Positions 1 to 9,921 of a stretch of DNA of 64,000 nucleotides are shown here, piece after piece. A program made the position numbers and the translations under genes. The stretch lies in sequence record SRR2962707_2232. One strand, given 5' to 3'. Below the pieces are notes generated by a model. The model did no database searches and was not told the origin of the DNA. It saw only the letters and a list, made by a program, of their open reading frames with translations. Within the stretch, counting starts at the first letter, position 1; every line of letters begins with the position of its first letter.

Positions 1-450
1 ATTGCGCCAGAACACTTCGGCATAACCGCCCAGCGAAGCAACACCTTCTTGAATGCGCGCGCCGCCAGAATCATTAAGGCCGATAATTGGCACGCGGTTT
101 TGCACCGCAAGATCCATCACCTTGCAGATTTTTTCTGCGTGGGTTTCTGATAGAGAGCCGCCAAAGACCGTGAAATCTTGGCTATAGGCATAGCAGGGGC
201 GGCCATCAATTTTGCCCCAGCCAACGACAACGCCGTCGCCATAATAAATTTGTTCTTCCATGCCAAAATCGGTGCAGCGATGGGTTTTGAAGGTGTCGTA
301 TTCTTCAAATGAGTTTTCGTCGAACAGGATTTCAAGACGTTCGCGCGCAGTCAGCTTGCCCTTGGCATGCTGTGCATCAATGCGTTTTTGCCCGCCGCCT
401 AGCGCTGCGTCGGCGCGCTTTTGCGCTAGTTGGTCTAATATATCTCGCAT
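1..450 (-). CDS. pccB: Acyl-CoA (propionyl-CoA) carboxylase beta subunit, 5' part; continues beyond the window start
   Basis: Missing from the ORF track because it is truncated. Hand translation from ATG 450 gives [44 protein letters not shown]...GDGVVVG...[26 protein letters not shown]...[12 protein letters not shown], the carboxyltransferase signature. GGAGG RBS upstream. Confidence 0.9.
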   Translation of the reverse strand, partial: MRDILDQLAQKRADAALGGGQKRIDAQHAKGKLTARERLEILFDENSFEEYDTFKTHRCTDFGMEEQIYYGDGVVVGWGKIDGRPCYAYSQDFTVFGGSLSETHAEKICKVMDLAVQNRVPIIGLNDSGGARIQEGVASLGGYAEVFWRN

Positions 451-577
451 GAAACGCCTCCCAGCGCCTTTTAGCACTTCTAAATTCTATGATCACCCAA
501 TGGTCTACACCATTTCTAGCGATTTGTGACGCGAAGTGCATTAGTAAATCGTATGACGTGCAAAAGTATAAGGCCGC

Positions 578-1480
578 TTAGCCTTGCTCTTGCAGGGCCT
601 CACAGAAAGCGCGACCAGCCAACTCAAATTTGATCGCTTGGCGGCGTAGATGATCTGAGATGAATTGCTTGGAAACCCAAAATAGACCGCGGCGGCGCGG
701 CAGTTCCCAGCCAAGAAGGCCATTGTCTTCTGATTTTTTAAACAATCGCTTTGCGTTAGATGAAGAGAATGAAAACTTTTCAGCTAGTTTAGGAATGCTG
801 AACGATCCGATATAGATCTTTTCATCTTCATACGGGCCATTGGGCAGGCCGGTTACGATATGATGCAGCAAAATGCCGCCGCTTTCTGTATTTAGAAAAT
901 CGTTCATCGCCGTTGGGATATCGTGCCATTCATCGTCTTTAAGCACTGCAGCTATCATTTTGGATTGCGCATTAAACACCAAATTGGGGTGCTTTAAGGA
1001 AAGAGCCGTTCTCTGTTGACCATCCAATTGGTCTAAACACAAAAGGTGGCCGTCATACCATCGCCGCATGCCCTCTTCAGCCATTTGGGTTGGTTTGAGC
1101 AGGTTTATCCTTTTGTCGGTGCTGTTGGTTACGCGTTCGAGTAAACCAAAATCGCGCATGTCTTCCAAATATGAGCTGAGTGTTTTGCGGCTAACAGGCA
1201 GATCTTCGTTTAGCATGCGCCGCAAATTTGTTGGGGTTAGGCCAGAATTACAGTCGCTGGGCGCACGGGTTTTTGCGAGCGCGAAAAGAGCATGCGAAAA
1301 AAGCCAATTTTTGTAAGAACCCATCGCGCGCGACATTTGTGGGTTTTCGTGATGAATGACGATAAGACGTGCCGCTATTTCTTTTTCAATGGCAATGAAA
1401 TTTGGATGGCCGATGAGTTCGTCGCGGCTGAGCGGCGTGCAACAAGCTTCTGCTGTAGACCTTGATTCGGCGTCTTGCAT
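578..1480 (-). CDS. Hypothetical protein with two winged-helix (MarR-like) segments
   Basis: Long ORF; track start 1567, ATG 1480 (MQDAES...) is more plausible. Segments VSRKTLSSYLEDMRDFGLLERVTNSTDKRINLL (MarR-type wing DxR) and SIPKLAEKFSFSSSNAKRLFKKSEDNGLL look like wHTH units. Confidence 0.55.
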   Translation of the reverse strand: MQDAESRSTAEACCTPLSRDELIGHPNFIAIEKEIAARLIVIHHENPQMSRAMGSYKNWLFSHALFALAKTRAPSDCNSGLTPTNLRRMLNEDLPVSRKTLSSYLEDMRDFGLLERVTNSTDKRINLLKPTQMAEEGMRRWYDGHLLCLDQLDGQQRTALSLKHPNLVFNAQSKMIAAVLKDDEWHDIPTAMNDFLNTESGGILLHHIVTGLPNGPYEDEKIYIGSFSIPKLAEKFSFSSSNAKRLFKKSEDNGLLGWELPRRRGLFWVSKQFISDHLRRQAIKFELAGRAFCEALQEQG

Positions 1481-2078
1481 GTTTTTTTGCCATAAACGGG
1501 GGTGTATAGAGCGTATGATGAGTGGGGTTGTTTTTACGTTTCTACGAGCCCTTGTTGTTCTTATCAAGTACCTCCTGTATTTTATGAAATTTCAAATAAA
1601 ATATAGCCTAATTCGGGTGCCGACCCATTAATTTTTATTCCGGTTAGACTTTGAAAGCTTGCTTTTGTTGCGCAGCAATTTTGACGATTACTTAATGTCT
1701 CCGGCAGGGGTTAACAGTGCGTATTTTGAAAACATTTGACGATTTTTGGGGAAGTTCGCGGTTAAATAATAAATTTCCGCCATCATTCCATTCAGCAAAT
1801 GGCCGGCGCTAAATTTATCAAATTATGTCTTATGATTTCACCCAATGTTGCGCGCTTTGAAGCAATCAAGCTGCTTTTAATGCTGGTTTTCCCGTTCTTG
1901 AACGATATGCAAAGTCGACCGTCTCGATGACCTAGCGCAAAGTGAAAAAGTATTAACTTATTGATATTATTATTCTATTTATCATATATGTTGCATATTT
2001 TATTGGCAGTGGGTTTGCAAATTGCTGTCAATTATCCACACTGCAATCGATGCGGGAAATTTTGTAATTCGGTCGCGC

Positions 2079-2107
2079 TTTACAAAAGTAATAAAGTATT
2101 ATTTAAT
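2079..2107 (+). promoter_or_regulatory. Candidate sigma70 promoter of the ytfQ operon with a palindrome in the spacer (possible FadR-family operator)
   Basis: TTTACA (2079-2084), 17 nt, TTTAAT (2102-2107). TAATA-AAG-TATTA palindrome at 2089-2101. Confidence 0.3.
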
Positions 2108-2144
2108 CCCTTTTGAACGAAGTTCCGTTCTGGAGGAGGAAATT

Positions 2145-3098
2145 ATGAACATTAAAACAGCGCTCTTAGCGAGCGTAATCGCATTCGCGCCTGTTGCAGG
2201 ATTTGCAGCAGATATGACTATTGGCTTTTCACAGATCGGTTCAGAATCTGGTTGGCGTGCGGCGGAAACGACCGTGACCAAACAGCAAGCTGAATCACGT
2301 GGCATTGACCTAAAATTTGCTGACGCTCAGCAAAAGCAAGAAAATCAGATCAAAGCGATCCGTTCTTTCATCGCGCAGGGTGTTGACGCAATTCTACTAG
2401 CGCCAGTTGTTGCTACGGGTTGGGACGAGGTTTTGGAAGAAGCCAAGGATTCTGACATTCCAGTTATCTTGCTTGACCGTACGGTTGATGCCTCTGACGA
2501 TCTTTATTTGACAGCGGTTACATCTGACCTCGTTCACGAGGGCAATGTTGCTGGTCAGTGGCTTGTTGATGAAATGGCAGGCAAAGATTGCCGCGTTGTT
2601 GAGCTTCAAGGTACAACTGGTTCATCACCTGCGATCGACCGCAAAAAAGGTTTTGAAGAAGGTATCGCTGGACACGACAATCTTGAGATCGTGCGCAGCC
2701 AGACAGGTGATTTTACCCGTTCACAGGGTAAAGTTGTTATGGAAAGCTTCTTGAAAGCTGAAGGTGGAGCAAACATTTGTGCGCTTTATGCACATAATGA
2801 TGACATGGCTGTTGGCGCTATCGAAGCGATCAAAGAAGCGGGTCTTGCACCAGGCAAAGACATCAAAATCGTTGCTATTGATGCTGTTCCAGACGCGCAT
2901 TTGGCCATTGCAAAAGGCGAAATGAACGCAACGATTGAGTTGACGCCAAACATGGCTGGCCCAGCGCTCGATGCTTTGGAAAAATTCAAAGCTGATGGCA
3001 CAATGCCGCCAAAATGGATCCAAACTGAATCACGCCTTTACACAAGCGCAGATGACAACAATGCCATCTACGAAGAAAAGAAAAATCTAGGCTACTAA
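2145..3098 (+). CDS. ytfQ: Sugar (galactofuranose-type) ABC transporter substrate-binding protein
   Basis: Signal peptide followed by GFSQIGSESGWRAAET and QQKQENQIKAIRSFIAQGVD, typical of YtfQ. GGAGGAGG RBS precedes ATG 2145. Confidence 0.9.
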   Translation: MNIKTALLASVIAFAPVAGFAADMTIGFSQIGSESGWRAAETTVTKQQAESRGIDLKFADAQQKQENQIKAIRSFIAQGVDAILLAPVVATGWDEVLEEAKDSDIPVILLDRTVDASDDLYLTAVTSDLVHEGNVAGQWLVDEMAGKDCRVVELQGTTGSSPAIDRKKGFEEGIAGHDNLEIVRSQTGDFTRSQGKVVMESFLKAEGGANICALYAHNDDMAVGAIEAIKEAGLAPGKDIKIVAIDAVPDAHLAIAKGEMNATIELTPNMAGPALDALEKFKADGTMPPKWIQTESRLYTSADDNNAIYEEKKNLGY

Positions 3099-3105
3099 GA
3101 CAGAT

Positions 3106-3132
3106 CCGGGCAGATTTTTTTAATCTGCCCGG
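3106..3132 (+). other. Intercistronic stem-loop after the binding-protein gene
   Basis: CCGGGCAGATT / AATCTGCCCGG perfect inverted repeat with no downstream U-tract; probably stabilises the upstream mRNA. Confidence 0.6.
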
Positions 3133-3209
3133 TCTATCCATTTGCGCAAAATGTGACTTTTGGTGTTAGGCTTCAAATCGAAGTGATCGGCGGGAGGCTA
3201 GGTCGAATT

Positions 3210-4715
3210 ATGCTCAATGAGAAAACGCCCGTTCTTGTGGCGAAGAATGTTTCCAAATTTTTCCCAGGTGCCATCGCCCTTGATGAAGTCGATTTTACAC
3301 TTCATGCGGGAGAAGTGCATGCGCTGCTTGGCGAAAATGGAGCAGGAAAATCGACATTGATCAAATGCCTAACCGGTGCCTATCGGCGTGATGGTGGGCA
3401 AATATTCTTGGACGGTGAAGAAATATCGCCGCGTGATACGCTGGCTAGCCAAGCCCTTGGCATTGGTACTGTCTATCAAGAAGTAAATTTGCTAGGCAAT
3501 TTGACCGTTGCAGAAAACCTATATTTGGGTCGCCAGCCAATGCGCGGTGGTCTCATTTCTAAATCTCGGATGAATAAAATGGCCCGCGAAGAGCTCGCGG
3601 AGTTCGGCCTGTTCATTGATCCATCTGAACTGCTTTCGTCTTATTCTGTGGCCATTCAGCAGGTGATCGCGATTGCCCGCGCCGTTGCGCTTTCGGGTAA
3701 AGTTCTCATTTTGGATGAACCGACTGCGAGTTTGGATCAAGAAGAGGTTCAATTGCTTTTTGACGTTATTCGCGGCTTGAAAGAGCGCGGTTTGGCGATT
3801 GTTTTCATCACACATTTCTTAAACCAAATTTTTGAAATCTCAGATCGCGCCACAGTTTTGCGCAATGGAAAATTCGTTGGCACGTGCGAGATTAAAGACG
3901 TTACCCAGACCGATATCATCACCATGATGCTTGGTCGCCAATTGGAAGCTAAATTGAAGAAAACGATGCCTGACGAAGTGGGCAAGTCGTTGTTAGAATT
4001 GCGTGATTTTGGCAAACGCAACGAGATCGAAAAGTTCGATCTTGATTTACATGAGGGCGAAGTTATTGGCCTTGCAGGGCTTTTGGGGTCGGGTCGTACA
4101 GAGGTTATCAATCTCATATTTGGCGCAGTGCCAGCTGACAGTGGTACGGCGACTTTGCGCGGTGAAAAAGTAACACTGCGCAATCCACGCGAGGCAATTG
4201 CGCAAAAGATTGCGCTTTGCCCCGAAGATCGCAAAACCGACGGCATCGTTGGCGATTTGAGCGTTCGTGAAAATATCATTCTTGCATTGCAGGCGCGCCA
4301 AGGTTGGCTTCGCGCATTACCGCGCGCGCAAATTAATGAAATTGCAGAATCCTACGTCAAAGCGCTCGACATAAGGCTGGCCTCGTTGGATATGCCAATC
4401 CGCCTGCTGTCTGGCGGCAACCAACAAAAAGCGCTGCTTGCACGCTGGCTGGCGACACAGCCGGATATTCTGATTTTGGATGAGCCGACACGCGGTATTG
4501 ATGTGGGCGCACACGCAGAAATTATTACATTGATCGAAGATTTGCGCCAAAAAGGGATGTCGCTGCTCGTCGCTTCATCAGAGATGGAAGAGCTTGTCGC
4601 CTATTCAACGCGTGTGATTGTTTTGAAAGACCGAAAGCAAGTTCGAGAACTTGTTGGCGATGACATTACGACTGACAATATCATCAGCGCTATTGCAGAA
4701 GAAGAGGTGGCTTAA
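3210..4715 (+). CDS. ytfR: Sugar ABC transporter ATP-binding protein (two ABC domains)
   Basis: GENGAGKST Walker A, LILDEPT twice, LSGGNQQK signature, position in operon. ATG 3210 preferred over the track start 3153. Confidence 0.88.
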   Translation: MLNEKTPVLVAKNVSKFFPGAIALDEVDFTLHAGEVHALLGENGAGKSTLIKCLTGAYRRDGGQIFLDGEEISPRDTLASQALGIGTVYQEVNLLGNLTVAENLYLGRQPMRGGLISKSRMNKMAREELAEFGLFIDPSELLSSYSVAIQQVIAIARAVALSGKVLILDEPTASLDQEEVQLLFDVIRGLKERGLAIVFITHFLNQIFEISDRATVLRNGKFVGTCEIKDVTQTDIITMMLGRQLEAKLKKTMPDEVGKSLLELRDFGKRNEIEKFDLDLHEGEVIGLAGLLGSGRTEVINLIFGAVPADSGTATLRGEKVTLRNPREAIAQKIALCPEDRKTDGIVGDLSVRENIILALQARQGWLRALPRAQINEIAESYVKALDIRLASLDMPIRLLSGGNQQKALLARWLATQPDILILDEPTRGIDVGAHAEIITLIEDLRQKGMSLLVASSEMEELVAYSTRVIVLKDRKQVRELVGDDITTDNIISAIAEEEVA

Positions 4716-5782
4716 TGGCGCATTTGTTTCGTATTATGATTAAGCGGCTTGCGCCGCAGCTCATTATTTTTGTCTGTGTGATTTTACTTAATTGGATTGT
4801 TTTCCCTGACTTTTTCAAAGTCGTATTCCAAAATGGAAAACTGTTTGGCAATTTGGTTGACGTGTTTAATCGCTGTGCTCCCACTGCATTGTTATCGATA
4901 GGTATGACGCTGGTGATCGCGACAAAAGGTATTGACCTTTCGGTTGGTGCGGTCATTGCGATTGCAGGTGCTGTTGCTGCGTCTGTTGTTCAAGGCGGGA
5001 GCGACTGGACCGTTGCTTTGATTGCAGCATTGGCTGCAGGCACGCTTTGCGGTCTTTGGAACGGTGTGTTGGTCTCGTTTTTGCGTATTCAGCCGATTGT
5101 TGCGACCTTGGTTTTGATGGTCGCAGGACGCGGCATTGCGCAGCTTATCACTGAGGGAACGATTTTGACGTTCCACAATGAAGGTTTGATCTTTCTAGGG
5201 TCTGGCGGAATTCTTGGTCTGCCAACGCCGATTTGGCTGTGGCTTGCAACTGGCATCATCATCACTGCAATTGTGCGGCGCACGGCGCTGGGTATGTTGA
5301 TTGAAGCGATTGGTATTAACGAAGCCTCATCGCGCCTTGCTGGTATTAATTCGCGGGCTTTGCTGGTTTCTGTCTATCTAATCTCCGGCTTTTGTGCAGC
5401 CTTGGCTGGCGTCATCGTGGCGGCGGATATTAAGGGCGCGGATGCCAATAATGCTGGTCTCTGGCTTGAGTTAGACGCTATTCTTGCCGTTGTTATTGGC
5501 GGCAATTCATTGCTTGGTGGACGGTTCTCAATTCCGGCATCGCTGCTTGGTGCTTTGATTATTCAATCGGTGAACTCGCTGATTTTGCTATCGGGTATGC
5601 CGCCAGAGTTCAATTTGATCATCAAAGCGTTGATTATTCTGGTTATATTGGTGATCCAATCACCGCGTATCAAACATGCTTACTATATTTTGCGTGCCTC
5701 GTCGGGCGGTGTCATGGTCAAACCTGTGATCGCCCAACCCGTAGATTCAAATAATAAAAAAGAAAAAGCGAGCCAGTTATGA
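4715..5782 (+). CDS. ytfT: Sugar ABC transporter permease
   Basis: Hydrophobic; GIDLSVGAV and ADANNAGLWLELDAILAVVIGG motifs. Confidence 0.85.
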   Translation: MAHLFRIMIKRLAPQLIIFVCVILLNWIVFPDFFKVVFQNGKLFGNLVDVFNRCAPTALLSIGMTLVIATKGIDLSVGAVIAIAGAVAASVVQGGSDWTVALIAALAAGTLCGLWNGVLVSFLRIQPIVATLVLMVAGRGIAQLITEGTILTFHNEGLIFLGSGGILGLPTPIWLWLATGIIITAIVRRTALGMLIEAIGINEASSRLAGINSRALLVSVYLISGFCAALAGVIVAADIKGADANNAGLWLELDAILAVVIGGNSLLGGRFSIPASLLGALIIQSVNSLILLSGMPPEFNLIIKALIILVILVIQSPRIKHAYYILRASSGGVMVKPVIAQPVDSNNKKEKASQL

Positions 5783-6771
5783 TCCGCTCTTCCCATCTGC
5801 CGCTCATCATAACAATAGCGACTTTTTTCGTGGCGTTTCTGCTTTGTGGCTATGCCTATCCTATGATGTTATCGACCCGCGTTATCGCCAATCTTTTAAC
5901 GGATAACGCATTTTTGGGCATTGTCGCTGTCGGCATGACCTTTGTGATCATTTCAGGCGGTATCGACCTTTCTGTTGGCTCGGTGATTGCGTTTACCGGC
6001 GTGTTTTTGGCTATTATCCTTCGTGATACTTCCATCCACCCGCTAGCCGCGTTTGTTCTTGTGTTGGTCATTACCACGGCCTTTGGCGCGGCGATGGGCG
6101 CAACAATTCATTTTCTTGAAATGCCGCCCTTCATTGTCACGCTGGCGGGCATGTTTTTGGCACGCGGCGCAGCCTATGTGCTTTCCACTGAATCCGTCTC
6201 TATCGATCATGCTTTCTATGACACGTTGCAAGACATCTATTGGAAAACGGAATCTGGCGGTCGCTTCCGCCTCATTGGCGGCGTGATGCTTGTTACGTTT
6301 GTTGTTGGCAGCATATTGGCGCACCGCACACGCTTTGGCCAAAATGTATATGCGCTGGGCGGCGGTGCTTCGACGGCAAAATTGATGGGCGTACCCCTGG
6401 CGGCAACGACCATCGGCATTTACGCGTTGTCAGGCGGATTGGCCGGATTAGCAGGAATCGTATTTTCCCTTTATACTTCCGCAGGTTATTCACTGGCGAC
6501 TGTCGGCGTAGAACTTGATGCTATCGCTGCTGTTGTTATTGGTGGTACTTTACTAACCGGCGGCAGTGGCTATGTTGCTGGAACCTTTTTCGGCATTTTA
6601 ATAATGGGACTGATTCAGACCTATATTGTGTTTGATGGAACCTTATCGAGTTGGTGGACTAAAATCGTAATTGGCGGCCTGTTATTCGCATTTATTCTTC
6701 TGCAGAAGGGACTGACTTGGGCAACGAAGGCGCAGAAAAAAGTAGCGAGCGAATTCGTCGAGCCATCATGA
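5779..6771 (+). CDS. yjfF: Sugar ABC transporter permease
   Basis: TDNAFLGIVAVGMTFVIISGGIDLSVGS and FDGTLSSWWTKIVIG motifs; ATGA overlap with ytfT. Confidence 0.88.
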   Translation: MIRSSHLPLIITIATFFVAFLLCGYAYPMMLSTRVIANLLTDNAFLGIVAVGMTFVIISGGIDLSVGSVIAFTGVFLAIILRDTSIHPLAAFVLVLVITTAFGAAMGATIHFLEMPPFIVTLAGMFLARGAAYVLSTESVSIDHAFYDTLQDIYWKTESGGRFRLIGGVMLVTFVVGSILAHRTRFGQNVYALGGGASTAKLMGVPLAATTIGIYALSGGLAGLAGIVFSLYTSAGYSLATVGVELDAIAAVVIGGTLLTGGSGYVAGTFFGILIMGLIQTYIVFDGTLSSWWTKIVIGGLLFAFILLQKGLTWATKAQKKVASEFVEPS

Positions 6772-7472
6772 CCTTTGCGACAGTTGGCGGGTTCGGCGAA
6801 CGTGCGAACAATCATACGGCTCATGTTGTTGAGCAGCTAGGCCGCGCTATTGTTGCTGGCGAATATCCAGCACGAACAATGATCCCGCTGGATCCAGATA
6901 TTTCTGAAATGTTTGATGTGTCTCGAACCGTGGTTAGAGAAGCCAAAAAGACGCTGATCGCAAAAGGTCTTATTCAATCAAAAGCCAAAGTGGGCACCCA
7001 TGTGCGCGAACCGCGCGAGTGGAACATGTTCGACCCTGATGTTCTGCGTTGGCATGCGGCTTTGCGCAACCCAACACCATTTTTAAACGAACTTTTGGAA
7101 ATCCGCCTGATTTTTGAACCAGCGGCTGCGGGGCAAACTGCAAAACTTGCAAACGAGGCCGACTGCATTGCGCTCGCAAATTTATGCGACGATATGGAAG
7201 CGGCCGACAGCCGCGCGGCGTTTGCTGCGGCTGATCTTGAGTTTCACAAGCTCGTCCTCAAACTATCAGGAAATCGGTTTTTGCAATCCTTGGGCGATAT
7301 TGTTCAAACCGCGCTCTATTCGCTTTTTGTCGCGCAAGTTGAAGATCGCTCCAGTGAAGAGCTGCTTGATGTGGCGCAGCGCCATCGCGCCATCGTTGAT
7401 GCGATTTCAAATGGTAATGCCGAAGACGCGCAGTCGAAAATGCACTCTGCTATTCTCGAAGGTCATATTTAG
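6768..7472 (+). CDS. FadR/GntR-family transcriptional regulator
   Basis: N-terminal HTH (FDVSRTVVREAKKTL..KGL) and FCD domain (ADLEFH...GNRFL). ATG 6768 overlaps the yjfF stop (ATGA). Confidence 0.88.
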   Translation: MTFATVGGFGERANNHTAHVVEQLGRAIVAGEYPARTMIPLDPDISEMFDVSRTVVREAKKTLIAKGLIQSKAKVGTHVREPREWNMFDPDVLRWHAALRNPTPFLNELLEIRLIFEPAAAGQTAKLANEADCIALANLCDDMEAADSRAAFAAADLEFHKLVLKLSGNRFLQSLGDIVQTALYSLFVAQVEDRSSEELLDVAQRHRAIVDAISNGNAEDAQSKMHSAILEGHI

Positions 7473-7508
7473 CGGCAAAGAGGGTCTCTGGTAAGCGTGT
7501 GCCGCACT

Positions 7509-8963
7509 TTAGGATGCCAAACCACTCATCAACATATATTTGAGTTCCGTGAATTCTTCGATGCCATGGCGCGACCCTTCGCGGCCGGTGCCGGACTCTT
7601 TGACGCCGCCAAAGGGCGCAACAGCGGTCGATAACATACCGGTGTTGATGGCAACCATGCCGTATTCAAGTGCTTCGGCAACGCGCCAAATGCGTCCGAT
7701 ATCACGGGAATAAAAGTAGGAAGCCAGTCCAACATCGGTTGCATTGGCAAGTTCGATAACTTCTTCATCAGTTTCAAACTTGTAGAGCGGCGCAACGGGG
7801 CCGAAAATTTCATCCTGCGTTACGTTCATATTGGTTGTCACATTAGTGAGAACTGTTGGTTTGTAAAAACGTCCGCCAAGCGCATGTTTTTCGCCGCCGG
7901 TTGCGACATGCGCGCCCTTATCGACCGCGTCTTTGACAAGGCTCTCGACCTTTGAAATTGCCGCATCATTGATGAGCGGTCCAAGGGTGACGCCTGGTTC
8001 ATTGCCTGCGCCTACGACGATCTTGTTTACTTCAGCTGTCAGTTTTTCGGCAAATTCGTCATAGACACTTGCCTGAACATAAAGCCGGTTTGAGCAGACG
8101 CATGTTTGGCCCGCATTGCGGTATTTAGATGCGAGCGCCCCTTTGACAGCCTCATCAATATTGGCATCATCAAAAACAATAAACGGTGCGTTGCCGCCCA
8201 GCTCAAGGCCCATGCGTTTAACGGTATCGGCGCATTGTTTAATCAGTAGCTTGCCGATGGGTGTTGAGCCGGTAAATGTCATCACGCGCACATCTTTGCT
8301 GGCGCAAAGTGCGTTGCCGATTGCCACCGCATCGCCCGAAATCACATTGAGCGCGCCATCGGGCAGGCCGGCCTGCTGCGCAAGCGCCGCCATCGCAAAA
8401 GCTGTGAGCGGTGTGTCGGGCGCTGGTTTTACAATGGCGGTACAACCTGCGGCCAGCGCAGGCGCAACTTTGCGCGCGATCATCGCCGCTGGAAAATTCC
8501 ACGGCGTAATGGCGGCAACAACCCCAATTGGTTGGCGCAAAATGACGATGCGTCCATCTTCAAACGGGCTTGGAATTGTTTCGCCATAGATGCGCTTTGC
8601 TTCCTCGGCATAAAACTCCACAAAAGAAGCAGCGTAAAGGATTTCGCCTTTTGCTTCTTGAAGCGGTTTGCCTTGTTCTTCTGTGAGGATTGCTGCCAGC
8701 GTGTCAGCATTTTCTACGATTAGGTCAAACCATTTTTTGAGAATTGCAGAGCGGGTTTTGGCCAGTGTTTTTGACCAAGTTTTAAACGTGGCCGCCGCGG
8801 CATCAATGGCTTGATTGGCCTCAGCTTCACCAAAATTGGGAACCTTTGCAATCTCTAAGCCATTGGCAGGATTGATGATAATGTCTTCGCCGCTCCCGAC
8901 CCATGCACCATTGATAAAGCATTGGGTTTTTCTAATGTCGAGTGCGGCGTTGTCCATTGTCAT
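7509..8963 (-). CDS. gabD: NAD(P)-dependent succinate-semialdehyde dehydrogenase
   Basis: EQGKPLQEAKGEI..FYAEEAKRIYGETIP, ITPWNFPAAMIARKVAPALAAGC, ELGGNAPFIVF, NAGQTCVC (catalytic Cys), APFGGVKESG.GREGS. Confidence 0.9.
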   Translation of the reverse strand: MTMDNAALDIRKTQCFINGAWVGSGEDIIINPANGLEIAKVPNFGEAEANQAIDAAAATFKTWSKTLAKTRSAILKKWFDLIVENADTLAAILTEEQGKPLQEAKGEILYAASFVEFYAEEAKRIYGETIPSPFEDGRIVILRQPIGVVAAITPWNFPAAMIARKVAPALAAGCTAIVKPAPDTPLTAFAMAALAQQAGLPDGALNVISGDAVAIGNALCASKDVRVMTFTGSTPIGKLLIKQCADTVKRMGLELGGNAPFIVFDDANIDEAVKGALASKYRNAGQTCVCSNRLYVQASVYDEFAEKLTAEVNKIVVGAGNEPGVTLGPLINDAAISKVESLVKDAVDKGAHVATGGEKHALGGRFYKPTVLTNVTTNMNVTQDEIFGPVAPLYKFETDEEVIELANATDVGLASYFYSRDIGRIWRVAEALEYGMVAINTGMLSTAVAPFGGVKESGTGREGSRHGIEEFTELKYMLMSGLAS

Positions 8964-8997
8964 TGTTCCATCTGATGTATTGGTTATCGTAAACGCG

Positions 8998-9921
8998 CTA
9001 TTTTTTTCCTGCTAACCAGTCCGCTACAACCTTAACCTGCTCTTCGTTGCGAAGCGTTGGTGTGTGTCCGGTGTCATCAAATTCAACCAAGGTCGCTTTG
9101 GGGCCACAGGTCAGCATTTTCTGTGCTGTTTCTTCTGACAAAAAGCTTGAGTTCTTCCCGCGCAAGACAAGAACAGGGCAGGAAATTTGTTCCCATGTGT
9201 TCCACATATCGACATTGTGATAAGAGATTGAATCGCGGAATGCTTCGCCAACTTGCCTGTCGGTTTTCAAGCGCCATGTGCCCCTTTGGGTGCGGCGGCT
9301 TGAATATTTAGCCATGTGCTCCCAGTCTTCATCGGTCATTGGCGCAAATTCGGTGTGAACCGAGCGCAAATAGTTTTCGACATCTTTTTGACTTTGGAAT
9401 TCGCCTTCTTTGCCGATGTATTCGCCCAGTGAAACCAATGCACTGCGCGACACTTCTGGACCAATATCATTGACGATGAGACGGCGTATCGGCGATTGCG
9501 GCATCGACGCGAGTACCATGCCGATAATGCCGCCCATTGAGGTGCCGAGCCAGTTGCATTCAGTCACGCCAAGGCGCGCGATCAATGCGTTCATGTCTGA
9601 ATTGTACTGGAGATAGTTATAACCATCATCTGAATCGATATGGTCGCTGTCGCCGCGCCCCACAACATCGGGGCAGATAACGCGGTATTTTGAACATAGA
9701 TGGGAGGCGATAAAATCAAAGTCTCGCGAATTGCGCGTAATGCCGTGAACACAAAGCAATGTTTCTTGGGTATCAAACTTTTCCGCATCACCCCATTCGA
9801 GGTAGTTGATGCGGTGAAATCCATGGAATCCTAAACCCAAATAATATTGCTTGGAATAGGCCTTTTCGGGCTGAAATATTTTCTTTGGCACGGGCAAATA
9901 TGATCCTGATAATTTGAACAT
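8998..9921 (-). CDS. Alpha/beta hydrolase, PhaZc(PhaY2)-like intracellular hydroxybutyrate-oligomer hydrolase
   Basis: HRINYLEWGD, CVHGITRNSRDFD, CPDVVGRG, GTSMGG nucleophile elbow, NDIGP and GHTP match my recollection of Cupriavidus PhaZc. Start overlaps the phaR stop (TAATG). Confidence 0.72.
   Translation of the reverse strand: MFKLSGSYLPVPKKIFQPEKAYSKQYYLGLGFHGFHRINYLEWGDAEKFDTQETLLCVHGITRNSRDFDFIASHLCSKYRVICPDVVGRGDSDHIDSDDGYNYLQYNSDMNALIARLGVTECNWLGTSMGGIIGMVLASMPQSPIRRLIVNDIGPEVSRSALVSLGEYIGKEGEFQSQKDVENYLRSVHTEFAPMTDEDWEHMAKYSSRRTQRGTWRLKTDRQVGEAFRDSISYHNVDMWNTWEQISCPVLVLRGKNSSFLSEETAQKMLTCGPKATLVEFDDTGHTPTLRNEEQVKVVADWLAGKK

Noticed and set aside
1-450. Functional link between pccB and the PHA locus (PHBV precursor supply)
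   Set aside because: It is 7 kb away, separated by an unrelated sugar ABC operon, and I saw no PhaR box near it.
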